DNA of 64,000 nucleotides from an archaeon (GTDB lineage Archaea > Asgardarchaeota > Thorarchaeia > Thorarchaeales > Thorarchaeaceae), in contig JAJRWI010000010.1 in NCBI GenBank assembly GCA_024276825.1, positions 128,001 to 192,000 on the forward strand. The letters are read 5' to 3'. Both the position numbers and the translations under genes were made by a program. Below the pieces are notes generated by a model. It was given only the letters and a program-made list of their open reading frames with translations, ran no database searches and was not told the DNA's origin. Numbering within the stretch: the stretch's first letter is position 1; each line of letters opens with the position of its first letter. Below, piece by piece: positions 39,332 to 48,629 of the stretch.

Positions 39332-40533
39332 ACATTTTCTATTGTAGTGGAAACATCATCAAGATCATTAAGAAAGGCATTAAGCGCTCCCTCTGTCACA
39401 TGAGGCATGACCACAACTCGAATTGTGGGGGGCAATGGAGAGGTTGCCATCCGCCAACCCCGCAGCTCCATTTTTTCCACAACTTGCTCGATAGGGACGA
39501 TTTTGCTCTCAATTCCAAGAATATTCAATACAGGATTAATTGCAAGCTTCATGTAACGATTTTGTTCAATCCGGTTCTTTACAAACATCGTTCGCTTCAT
39601 GCATTCGACTACTATCTTTCGATAACCGAAGCGGCCAAGGTGTTTCATTATTGCCCATGTGGCCAAAATAGGACCTGCTGGGCGAGTCCCCAGAATCGAT
39701 GTCTGTGTGGATGCTGCGCCGCGAAGATAGTCAATCTTTCGAGTTATTGCCCTCAGCATCTTCTTTGATCGAAACAAAATACTGCCAGCAGGAATGGGAG
39801 CAAGACCCATCTTATGTGGGTCAGCGCTGATTGAGCTGACGCCTTCGACCATAAAGTCAAATGGATATTTTCCAAGCCCAATCTCTCCAAGAAATGGAAT
39901 CACAAATGCACCGAAGGCTGCATCTACATGAAGCGGAATCTTATGTTCTTCTGCAATCTTTCCAATCTTATCAATTGGGTCAATCTGCCCCAAGTATGTG
40001 GTCCCAGCAGTGGCAAATATGGCGATTGTGTTCTCAGTTATCACTTTTTCAATGGCTTTTGGAACTGCCTTAAACTCCTTGTCAACTCGCGTCTTTATGA
40101 GCTTAACACCAAGCAGCCAAGCAGCCTTGTCTACTGAAGCGTGGACAGTCTTGGGGACGATGACTTCGGGAGCATCAATCTTTTTGTTTATCTCACGGGC
40201 GGCAAGCATTGCAAGAATGTTAGATTCCGTGCCGCCTGAGGTAGTGGTACCGTAAGGCTTCTTGAGGTTAAGCAGATCACCAATCATCTCGATGACTTCT
40301 TGTTCTACTTCTGCAGTTCCTCTGAATGTATGCAACCTACCAGCGTTCTTCTCTAGAGTCTTAGCAAAGACATGGGCACCAAGCTCATGAGGAATTGTTG
40401 ACATTGAGGCAATGGGATGTCCAGAAACATAAGTTGCGTCTTGAGCCAGCAGGGCATCAAGCTTTTTCAGAACATCTTCACGGGGTATTCCATTTTCTTC
40501 AAACATGTTCTGGACTCCAATACGAGTTCTCAA
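39328..40533 (-). CDS. mfnA: Tyrosine/aspartate decarboxylase MfnA (probable start 40506)
   Basis: TSGGTESN, HVDAAFG, DPHKMG, RVVVMPHV. Confidence 0.9.
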   Translation of the reverse strand: MRTRIGVQNMFEENGIPREDVLKKLDALLAQDATYVSGHPIASMSTIPHELGAHVFAKTLEKNAGRLHTFRGTAEVEQEVIEMIGDLLNLKKPYGTTTSGGTESNILAMLAAREINKKIDAPEVIVPKTVHASVDKAAWLLGVKLIKTRVDKEFKAVPKAIEKVITENTIAIFATAGTTYLGQIDPIDKIGKIAEEHKIPLHVDAAFGAFVIPFLGEIGLGKYPFDFMVEGVSSISADPHKMGLAPIPAGSILFRSKKMLRAITRKIDYLRGAASTQTSILGTRPAGPILATWAIMKHLGRFGYRKIVVECMKRTMFVKNRIEQNRYMKLAINPVLNILGIESKIVPIEQVVEKMELRGWRMATSPLPPTIRVVVMPHVTEGALNAFLNDLDDVSTTIENV

Positions 40534-40619
40534 AATTCTGATGTATAATCGTTGCGATTAGGTCTTCGCTGTTAAGAAGTTTTATTATTGTTATTGACTC
40601 AAACAAAACGGGACCAATA

Positions 40620-41348
40620 GTGAATCTAAAGATCATTGGAAACAAAATAGTTGCTTCTGCAGGAACTGCTGCTGTATATTTACCAGTAGCTGCAGGCATT
40701 CTGACACCGATGGTCTGGCTTCTTGCATCATGGTATTTTTCATGGGACTTGTTAGGTTTTATTCTCCCATTCTCTCATAACATGAGTGGAATGCTTGTCA
40801 TCGCATTTTCATTTCCAGAGAGCATATCTCAACCTCTTGTAATTGCACTCTCCGTCATGGATGTCCTCTTTTTCTTCATTGGCATCTCGTTGTTTTTGAT
40901 CTCATTAGTAGAGATGATCAGGGCTAAAGTCAAGAAACGTGAGCTTGTGACAACAGGGCCTTATAGATATGTCAGGCACCCACAGCATCTTGGGATATCA
41001 TTTATCTTTCTTGGGGTCTCATTCATCCATCTATTGTTTCCATTTTCCTACAATGTCTACATCCGACCTGGCGACATTATTGCATGGTTGTTCACTACTT
41101 TCTTACTAATCACTGTTGCAGACATTGAGGAGGCGAAACTCACGAGAGAGTTCGGACAGGAGTATGAGGAATATCGTGCAAGAACTTCGTTCATGCTCCC
41201 AAGGATCAGACTGCCATTCAAAATGGAGTCGAAACATTTGCAGCAGGGAAAACCTCTTCGATATATCATCTGGTTTATTGTTTTTTGGCTTTTAGCATCG
41301 GGAATACTATTCCTTTCAGTATTCACAACATTGTATTGGACTAGGTGA
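40620..41348 (+). CDS. ICMT/PEMT-family membrane methyltransferase
   Basis: LVTTGPYRYVRHPQHLG, EEAKL..EFG.EY.EY. Confidence 0.8.
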   Translation: MNLKIIGNKIVASAGTAAVYLPVAAGILTPMVWLLASWYFSWDLLGFILPFSHNMSGMLVIAFSFPESISQPLVIALSVMDVLFFFIGISLFLISLVEMIRAKVKKRELVTTGPYRYVRHPQHLGISFIFLGVSFIHLLFPFSYNVYIRPGDIIAWLFTTFLLITVADIEEAKLTREFGQEYEEYRARTSFMLPRIRLPFKMESKHLQQGKPLRYIIWFIVFWLLASGILFLSVFTTLYWTR

Positions 41349-41355
41349 GAGTATC

Positions 41356-42063
41356 ATGGAGAGATCAAGAGTCTTGACAAGTGTGCTGACAGCTCTGGCT
41401 TCATTTGCATTATACTTGCCAGTTATTGCAGGAATCTTGACACCAATGGTCTGGTTGCTAGCCGCTTGGTATTTTGCGTGGGACTTGCTCTCAGTTATTT
41501 TGCCATATTCGAGTCTTATGAGTGGTCTGTGGTTGGTAAATCTCAATGGGACCACATTGATCATCATATGGCTTGTTGAGATAATAGTGATAATCACAGG
41601 AGCCATGATCTTTCTCGCTGCTTTACGTGAGATGGTCACCCACCGCTCAAAAGGAGGCGGCCTCATCACAACTGGGCCATATTCGTATATTAGGCATCCG
41701 CAGCATCTTGGGATTGCTCTATTCTTGCTGCCATTCTCATTGTTTCAGATAACATCTTTGACTAGCTTTGCAGGTATTAGGCCCGGTGATATAGTGTCAT
41801 GGTTGTTTGTTGTGTTCCTTCTGCTCATTTCAGCAGACTATGAAGAGTTTCGACTTCTAAGACTCTTTGATAATGAGTTTATTGCATATCGAGAGAGAAC
41901 AGCATTCATCATTCCAAGAATCAGACTAGGATTTCCTATTGGAACGACGCACCTTTCTCAAGGAAGGCCACTACGATATATTCTCTTATTCTTGACCTTC
42001 TGGGTGCTCGCCTCACTCATAATGTTCGTGTTCTCTTTCGTCGAACTTCAATGGATTTTGTGA
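41356..42063 (+). CDS. ICMT/PEMT-family membrane methyltransferase, tandem paralog
   Basis: LITTGPYSYIRHPQHLG; shares YLPV.AGILTPMVWLLA.WYF.WDLL and IRPGDI with the upstream gene. Confidence 0.8.
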   Translation: MERSRVLTSVLTALASFALYLPVIAGILTPMVWLLAAWYFAWDLLSVILPYSSLMSGLWLVNLNGTTLIIIWLVEIIVIITGAMIFLAALREMVTHRSKGGGLITTGPYSYIRHPQHLGIALFLLPFSLFQITSLTSFAGIRPGDIVSWLFVVFLLLISADYEEFRLLRLFDNEFIAYRERTAFIIPRIRLGFPIGTTHLSQGRPLRYILLFLTFWVLASLIMFVFSFVELQWIL

Positions 42064-42170
42064 GAAGAAATTCATATGGTGAAAGATTCATACTATGCAG
42101 AACTTTACTGTGTTCAATGAAAAAAGCTAATAAGCAATAAGATTTGACTTCCACAACGAACAACCCCTAT

Positions 42171-42245
42171 GGCCCGAGTGGGGTAGTGGCAACCTTGGAG
42201 ACTGTGGATCTCTAGCGGCGGGTTCGATTCCCGCCTCGGGCCCCA
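42171..42245 (+). tRNA. tRNA-His(GTG) with encoded G-1 and CCA
   Basis: G-GCCCGAG/CTCGGGC-C-CCA acceptor stem, CTGTGGA anticodon loop, GCGGG-TTCGATT-CCCGC T arm; no intron. Confidence 0.95.
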
Positions 42246-42295
42246 CTTCTATCATCCAGCCGTTCTAAAGTCTAGAATAATATTATTTCTGAGTA

Positions 42296-44128
42296 ATGCA
42301 AGTATCGATAATGATGAGCAATGAATCATTCAATAGAAATGGGACCACACTAAAAGAGTTGATTCTAAAGAGAGCAATCGTTGCTGCCATCGCTGCTATT
42401 GTGGTTATTGCATCAATCAGTATACTTGTTCCAAGCACGGTGACTCCGCAGATAATTATTGAGAAGGAGAATAATCCAAGCGGTCATGAGGGATTCAATC
42501 TGACTTCTAGTTTGAGCAACCACACATCATCTCAGACTATGTTGAATGACACACCATTTTTGAGCGATGAGTTTTGGACCATAAATGCATATAGCCTATC
42601 GTCTGATTGGTCAACATACCAAATCACGCAATTGGGAGATCATGCAGTCATTGCAATAGAAAATGGGGAGTGCGAATTTACTAGGGAGTTTAGTGTGAAT
42701 GTAGCTGTCCAAAATACAATAAATCTCACATTAAAGGGCAAGGTGATCTCAGGCCAGGTCGAGATCTTTGTAAGATTTTATGTATGGTCGTGGTATACTC
42801 CTAATTATTATACAGGGAATTATCAATATATAACGAAGATAGACGCGGGAGAGAGAATTGACTTCTCATTCTTTAGGGACATTAGCAATTTGAAGACATT
42901 ATTATCACCAAGATGGATAGCAAGTATAAGCACGCAAATAGAAATAGTCGCTGAGGAGAGTTGCGTGGCTCAAATAGATTCTGCGATCATTGAAACTACT
43001 TCAGAAGAGCCACTAGCGACTTTGACCGTTGATATGCAAAACACGGGAATGGAGAGTATATATGACATATCAGGCGTTTCCAATACTTACAACATTCCTG
43101 GAATTAACATAACAGACCTGGCCACATCAGAGTGGTCGGTCATAACACCTATGACTAAGGACTTGAAGGTGTATCTTCCCTCAGGAAACTTTTCTTGCAC
43201 TGCGGGATTATTCAATTACTCTACCGAAGACACGCACTTTGAGTTTCTGCTATCTTTAGACTCAAGACTTGATTATCGACTTGTGATTAGAGTTGAAATG
43301 ATTAGAATTGATTTCAGCATGACACCAGATCTGCCTCAGATTGGAGTTTCGATTAGATGGTCAGAGGAAGTATTGTATTGTTGGGATGGAGAGATCACAC
43401 CACCTTATTCGATTAAAATCTTCATTCCCGCAAAGGCTGGCGAATTGATTGTTTCTATTGTATATCTTAGTAGAATTGATGGAAGGCTTAGTCTAGTAGG
43501 CACAAGAGTATCACTCAATGGCACATTAAATCTTAAAGTATCAGTAAAGGCACCATTCTTTTCATTCCTTGGAGGAGCTGCTACGGCGGGAGATATTGTT
43601 CTGATTGCTGTTGGAATTGCCTTGCTAATAATGACACTTTCGAGTCTTAATGAGATCACCAGACCTTATGGGTGGGAGGTAGTAATTAAAGATCCAAAGT
43701 TCATTCCAATACTGATATTAGGCGCCAGCGCCCTGTTTCCATGGTTGGTGGAGTCGCATACTGGCAGTAATTTGGGATCACCACCACATGTATTAGTTTC
43801 ATATTACTATGTGCCATTCTGTGTGAAACTAATAAAAACACAGAACAGTCTGCTATTTCCATTAATGTATCAATACCTGATAATAGACCTCATCTTCAAA
43901 ATCATGGTGTTTTGGATACCACTACTCTACGGATATTCACGCATTGGGTTCAGTATGAAAAGCATTTGGAATGATTATCTTTATGCGATAGCAATACCAT
44001 TCATTCTAGTTATTTTGACTCTATTTGATAATCATGGTGGGCAGATTGGGCCAGGATTGGTGCTTGCGGCCATTGCACCTGCTGTGTATGTCGTTCAACG
44101 CAAACTATATCGCAAATTGAGAAGATAA
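42296..44128 (+). CDS. Hypothetical membrane protein: N-terminal TM, large beta-rich ectodomain, multi-TM C-terminus
   Basis: 610-aa ORF, many NxS/T sequons, visibly AT-richer than the core genes. Confidence 0.7.
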   Translation: MQVSIMMSNESFNRNGTTLKELILKRAIVAAIAAIVVIASISILVPSTVTPQIIIEKENNPSGHEGFNLTSSLSNHTSSQTMLNDTPFLSDEFWTINAYSLSSDWSTYQITQLGDHAVIAIENGECEFTREFSVNVAVQNTINLTLKGKVISGQVEIFVRFYVWSWYTPNYYTGNYQYITKIDAGERIDFSFFRDISNLKTLLSPRWIASISTQIEIVAEESCVAQIDSAIIETTSEEPLATLTVDMQNTGMESIYDISGVSNTYNIPGINITDLATSEWSVITPMTKDLKVYLPSGNFSCTAGLFNYSTEDTHFEFLLSLDSRLDYRLVIRVEMIRIDFSMTPDLPQIGVSIRWSEEVLYCWDGEITPPYSIKIFIPAKAGELIVSIVYLSRIDGRLSLVGTRVSLNGTLNLKVSVKAPFFSFLGGAATAGDIVLIAVGIALLIMTLSSLNEITRPYGWEVVIKDPKFIPILILGASALFPWLVESHTGSNLGSPPHVLVSYYYVPFCVKLIKTQNSLLFPLMYQYLIIDLIFKIMVFWIPLLYGYSRIGFSMKSIWNDYLYAIAIPFILVILTLFDNHGGQIGPGLVLAAIAPAVYVVQRKLYRKLRR

Positions 44129-44135
44129 TTGGATT

Positions 44136-44588
44136 GTGTTGGTAATGATGAAACGGAAGGATGATCTGCCAATTATTTTTAAGCTGGGTGAAACCACTTG
44201 GCGAGTCTTACTGGTTATCTTAAGTATTAGGGAACCCATTGGTCCTAGGGAGTTGTCAAGGCGGCTGAATTTCAGTAGTCCCAGTGTTGGGCTATATCAT
44301 TTAGAGAAGTTGAAAGAGGAGGACCTTGTTCACAAGACCAGAGATGGGGACTATATTATCAACACGAATGCGGACTTTGGGTTTTTGGAGAACTATCTGT
44401 TCTATGAACAGGGGGCGTTGCCAAGAATCACGATGTATGCTACATTTGTCACATTCTTGATGCTGGCATATGGATTATTCATCCCCTTTGATTTTAGTGC
44501 TCATAATATCTTTGCGCTTGTTGTGGGATGGTCAGCGGCCACATTCTTCTGGAGAGAGTTCATTAGGTATTATCGGACATTGAAATGA
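44136..44588 (+). CDS. Winged-HTH regulator with two C-terminal TM helices
   Basis: IGPRELSRRLNFSSPSVGLYHLEKL, GDY, then two hydrophobic helices. Confidence 0.8.
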   Translation: MLVMMKRKDDLPIIFKLGETTWRVLLVILSIREPIGPRELSRRLNFSSPSVGLYHLEKLKEEDLVHKTRDGDYIINTNADFGFLENYLFYEQGALPRITMYATFVTFLMLAYGLFIPFDFSAHNIFALVVGWSAATFFWREFIRYYRTLK

Positions 44589-44637
44589 AGTAGAGGTCAG
44601 GTTCATAATTGATTTAAACAATGCAAGGATTATCTTC

Positions 44638-44800
44638 TTGATCATGACAGGAAATATGCATGCTGCATTGTTTTATGATATTGGTGATGTGAGATATGAG
44701 GTGACTAATGTTCCCGAGATTGGTGATGGAGAGATATTGATCAAGGTTGGTACTGCACTTACATGTGGAACGGACGTTAAAACATACAGGAAGGGGCACC
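44638..44800 (+). pseudogene. 5' fragment of a Zn-dependent dehydrogenase, cut at an IS607 right end
   Basis: MHAALFYDIGDVRYE...GTALTCGTDVKTYRKGH matches 48966-49120; homology ends at CC 44799-44800. Confidence 0.88.
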
Positions 44801-45007
44801 GTTCATTGTTAGTTGGACATTCTTGGACACTATTGTCCTGTCCTTCCAAGAACGGTACTGGAATATTTCTCGTGATTGTGTCCTCAATCGAGCTATTTAA
44901 GCTCCCACATTTTTCGAGTGGTATCGTCAAATAAATATTTAAACAGTGTCCAACTTTTCTATGTGTGCAATTTATGCCACAAGAGGATGTCTTCAAGGGA
45001 GGAGGAC

Positions 45008-46279
45008 TCATGTGTTGGTCTTCAATAGTCCTTTGACTATTCCAATGAACTCCTCCGTTCCAATCTCTCTCTTTATCCTCTTGAGCCTTCTCAATTCTCT
45101 CCTGTACCTCTCCTCTTTTCTCTTGCTCATCTCTCTGTTGTATGCATCCCTAAACACTGTCTTGTCCCTCAACATCCTCCACACCACCACCATCAGTCTT
45201 CTGGCCAAGGCTATGGTCGCCACATGATGATTACGCCTCATCTTGAGTCTCTTGTGATACTCCCTCAACTCCCATGGACCAATCTGAGCACACTTCTGCG
45301 CCACTAGATACATCACAGTCCTGACATGTCTGTTACTAGTCTTCACTATTCCCCCTGCCTTACTCACAGGACCCGACTGATATGTCCTTGGGACCAACCC
45401 CAGATATGAACACATCTTCTCAGGACTGTCAAATCGCCCCACCCCCCCAATCTCTGCCTTCACCACCGCAGCACTGGTCAGGGCCATACCAGGTATTGTG
45501 ACCAACAACTCGATGTCCCTGTCACCATTCTCATCCCTCATCTGTTCCACCAACCCAGCTATGGCAGCATCAAACATCCTCACCCGTTCCTCTAACACCT
45601 CCATGTTCCGCAACAGGTCCATGATGATCAACCTCTGGACCTCTGACACTGACCCGAAGACCCTCTTCTGCTCCCAGGTCAACCCGGTGTGGTCCCCCCT
45701 CAGAGCTCTGAGAAGTGCCAGACGCGCAGCCTTACCAAAGGTGTCACAGAGTCCAAGGTCCACCAGTACCGTGTCAAGAACACTGTGACACCGGTTCTTT
45801 GTCCTGGCAAGGTCTCTCACCAGTCTGGCACGCATCCTTGTGGCATCCCTCAGGTCCTTGATGACCCCCTTAGGAACATAGGAAGGTCTGACAAACCCGG
45901 CCCTCAGCAGAACTGCCAACCAGACACTGTCCCTCATGTCGGTCTTGTGCCCTGCCACATTCTTGACCTGTCTGGAGTTTGCCAGGACAATCTTGACCCC
46001 TGCCCTCTCAACAGCTGTGAACACTGCACACCAGTAGACTCCTGTGGACTCGACCACTGCCGTGGAGACCCCGATGTCTCTCATCCATCCGGTCAGTTGA
46101 ATGAACCCCTTCCAGGAGTTGGAGAATGTCCTGTGTTCAACATGTTCTCCCATCACAAGACCCAGATCGGATGCCTGCCCTGGTAGATACTGTCTGTCGT
46201 GTTCATCAAGTTCCCCAATAGCAGCACAGACCAGAGTCTTCTTGCTCACATCGATTCCGCAATATTTTAGTGGTCTCAT
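45008..46279 (-). CDS. IS110 DEDD transposase/recombinase
   Basis: GIDVSK, VVESTGVYW, KTDMRD, TIPGM, YLGLVPRTYQSG; the reading frame is intact. Confidence 0.95.
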   Translation of the reverse strand: MRPLKYCGIDVSKKTLVCAAIGELDEHDRQYLPGQASDLGLVMGEHVEHRTFSNSWKGFIQLTGWMRDIGVSTAVVESTGVYWCAVFTAVERAGVKIVLANSRQVKNVAGHKTDMRDSVWLAVLLRAGFVRPSYVPKGVIKDLRDATRMRARLVRDLARTKNRCHSVLDTVLVDLGLCDTFGKAARLALLRALRGDHTGLTWEQKRVFGSVSEVQRLIIMDLLRNMEVLEERVRMFDAAIAGLVEQMRDENGDRDIELLVTIPGMALTSAAVVKAEIGGVGRFDSPEKMCSYLGLVPRTYQSGPVSKAGGIVKTSNRHVRTVMYLVAQKCAQIGPWELREYHKRLKMRRNHHVATIALARRLMVVVWRMLRDKTVFRDAYNREMSKRKEERYRRELRRLKRIKREIGTEEFIGIVKGLLKTNT

Positions 46280-46310
46280 TACACTCATAACAACGACCCT
46301 CAGTTCTTCT

Positions 46311-46445
46311 GGGACTGTGGACGACCGGGAGTGACAATTTTCAATACGTGCTCGTGGCACAAGGAGATCACTTCGTCTGGTCGTCCAGGGTCATTTTGTC
46401 CACCGTCATCCCGGTGACACTGTTGGGCCCGACCCATCTAGTCCC
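46311..46445 (-). ncRNA. Candidate bridge/seek RNA upstream of the IS110 recombinase
   Basis: Outer stem GGGACT/AGTCCC encloses two hairpins with internal loops: GGGTC/GACCC with CACCG/CGGTG, and TGGACGACC/GGTCGTCCA with AGTGA/TCACT and GTGC/GCAC. Confidence 0.6.
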
Positions 46446-46508
46446 TGTGCGGAGAGTTCTCATTGCACACTCATATCTTTTGTCTAGGTTCTACGCATCT
46501 ACGCGCAA

Positions 46509-46757
46509 CCCATACTCCACCACTTTTACAGCCGGCACATTCTCCGTAATAGTCCGAACCGCTGTGTTCACAGCACTGTCATGATGCATCACAACCACCA
46601 CATCCGAGACCACCGGTGTGGAAAACGGCATGACCCACAACGGTGACAGCACGGCAACCACAAGCAGGGCACACTTGATTTTCAAAAGGAAAAGGTTACG
46701 ATGACGACCGACTGACAAAACTTCTTTCATGCACTCGATAGTCATTATTTTCTCCAT
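46509..46757 (-). pseudogene. 5' fragment of a paralog of 47592..48629, cut at an IS607 left end
   Basis: LSPLWVMP..PVVSDVVVVMHHDSAVNTAVRTI...VKVVEYG matches the intact copy up to TATGGG. Confidence 0.88.
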
Positions 46758-47143
46758 CTCTTCCCCTAAAGATTGCCAACTCTGAATAATAAGGGGAGCA
46801 AATGTAAATAAAATTTCTGAAGAATTTAACTCTGAGAAAAAGGCGAGTCTGTGTACACAATAAAAAAGGGAGACGAGAAGACCCTATTATGAAAAGAGAG
46901 AGGAGAGTTTCTCGGATGTTCCGATCTAGTTCCATTCAAGCACTTGTATATTCCACTAACTAACCCCATCTCGCTCATGAGAGTTCCCTCCTTTGACTAC
47001 TTGGCTCATAAAATGTATATGAAATTTCCAGAAATTTTCTCATTTTGAGTGTGAAAGGACCCAAGAAAACATTGTTACACGCCAGAGCTAATTCGTAAAG
47101 GAACAATCACCAAGATGACAGCCATTGATGCGATCGTGAACTG

Positions 47144-47599
47144 CTAGTTCAGATGAAAGTAAGGCCAAGCCTCAAGATAAGTGCAGCTAGTAGCTATCAA
47201 GGTAAGTAATACAAAGATGATAACGATAAGCCAAGGTGGCATAGAAACCCGTGGGGAGAAAGCAATCAGAATTGTGACAATTATCATAATGACTTCTAAT
47301 AGAACAAACTGTGCAATGCTGATTCGTAGAGATCTCTGTCGTATTTTTGCAATAGCCAGATAGAGAAGTCCATCTTCGGTAGTAGAGATCCAATTTGCAC
47401 GAACAAGTGATCTAATAGAGCGTTCACTCAGAGTACTCTGTTCAACAAGCGTGGAAAGCGGAACAGCTGAATCGGGGCTTGTAGCTCCGAGATTCACCAA
47501 GTGCCTTAATGCGGGGTTCCTCACCCGACGATTGAAGAAGAGTCCTGCACTGCTCACAAGTATCACCAGTTCATCCGAAGAATGTAGTTGCCTAATCAT
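47144..47599 (-). CDS. Small wHTH-like plus 2-TM protein, candidate immunity/partner protein
   Basis: The ORF overlaps the stop of the upstream gene by 8 nt; two C-terminal TM helices. Confidence 0.6.
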   Translation of the reverse strand: MIRQLHSSDELVILVSSAGLFFNRRVRNPALRHLVNLGATSPDSAVPLSTLVEQSTLSERSIRSLVRANWISTTEDGLLYLAIAKIRQRSLRISIAQFVLLEVIMIIVTILIAFSPRVSMPPWLIVIIFVLLTLIATSCTYLEAWPYFHLN

Positions 47600-48629
47600 C
47601 AGGATCGGTGAGATCGCTCAGTATCCCAAGTAGCAACACTGCAACTGTAAGTGCTAGCGCAATATTAGAAATCAAAGTTACCCATGGTGTAGATGCACAA
47701 ATCCCTAATACACCTACTTTCCACAGATCGTACCATGCTACCGAGACAATGATATAGTATATGAGAGTAGGAACTAGTGGAACCAATGATGCTATGAATG
47801 CAAGTAGGGAAACTCCCCCGTATAACCAGCCGATACACATCACAACGATATTCAAAAGAATAGCAAAATATCCTACAGCCAACATTGCTCCTATATCTCT
47901 CACGGTCTCCTTTTCCAATGCCCAGCCCATTCCATAACCTGCAAGTAGCGAAACTACAAGGAAAGTGACACCTACACATGCCCAGAATAGCTCGTTTGGA
48001 CCGAGCTGCCCAACGATATATCCGAGGAGCATTGGAGGTTTATCTTCCCCACCAAGTAGAGCAACCACCTGTTCATACATCATTGTAAGAACATTCTCGC
48101 TGGGTGCAAGCAGGTACGTAACGAATAGACCACCCAATGTCGCATCTACAACGCCAGTAAATCCAATAACCAATCGATCATCAACATATTGATTAATCTC
48201 AGCTGAGTTGCATGCCAGCACGATATCCTTTCCCGGAGTCATCTCTATTCTGCTACTGAATGCCTTCCACGAGAGCACATGTGACTGAGCAAGAATACTG
48301 TCCTCTGAGCCATGGGACACCCACACCACTCTGCCGACCACCCGGTGCAGGGTCAGCGCATACTCCAGAGACCCATAGTCCACCACTCGCACAGCAGGAT
48401 CATTCGCCACGATCGTCCTGACCGCAGTGCTCACTACACTATCATGATGCATGACCACAACAGTATCTGCAACGACAGGGCTTGACAGTGGTATGACCCA
48501 GAGAGGTGACAACATCACGATCATCAGCAGGGCTGTTTCAAGTCTCAAAAGATTGCAATGCCGACCGACCGACGGACCTAGTCTCACTCGTGCACGCACT
48601 GCACAATCAACTATCCCTCCTTCACTCAT
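47592..48629 (-). CDS. Signal/TM segment, minimal caspase-fold (CHAT-like) domain, and hydrophobic multi-helix C-terminus
   Basis: VVWVSHGS ... DIVLACNS ... VIGFTGVVD His/Cys dyad pattern; ~140-aa hydrophobic tail. Confidence 0.65.
   Translation of the reverse strand: MSEGGIVDCAVRARVRLGPSVGRHCNLLRLETALLMIVMLSPLWVIPLSSPVVADTVVVMHHDSVVSTAVRTIVANDPAVRVVDYGSLEYALTLHRVVGRVVWVSHGSEDSILAQSHVLSWKAFSSRIEMTPGKDIVLACNSAEINQYVDDRLVIGFTGVVDATLGGLFVTYLLAPSENVLTMMYEQVVALLGGEDKPPMLLGYIVGQLGPNELFWACVGVTFLVVSLLAGYGMGWALEKETVRDIGAMLAVGYFAILLNIVVMCIGWLYGGVSLLAFIASLVPLVPTLIYYIIVSVAWYDLWKVGVLGICASTPWVTLISNIALALTVAVLLLGILSDLTDPDD

Larger units (their letters stand above)
44961..46476 (-). mobile_element. IS110-family element with subterminal inverted repeats (IS1111-like)
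   Basis: GTGTGCAAT at 44963-44971 and ATTGCACAC at 46462-46470; AT at both junctions; GC-richer than its flanks. Confidence 0.85.
44799..46510 (-). mobile_element. IS607-derived miniature element (~200 bp net) interrupted by IS110
   Basis: Right end CCGTTCATTGT..TTGGACA..GTCCTGTCC.TCCA.GAACGG.ACTGG matches 38258-38320; left end GTTCTACGCATCTACGCGC.ACC matches 38805-38827. Confidence 0.88.

Noticed and set aside
44638-44934. 98-aa ORF as a functional small dehydrogenase
   Set aside because: Only the first ~54 codons are dehydrogenase; the rest is read-through into the IS607 end.
46280-46360. N-terminal extension of the IS110 transposase
   Set aside because: DEDD domains start just before GIDVSK; the upstream GTG-started stretch overlaps the structured RNA candidate.
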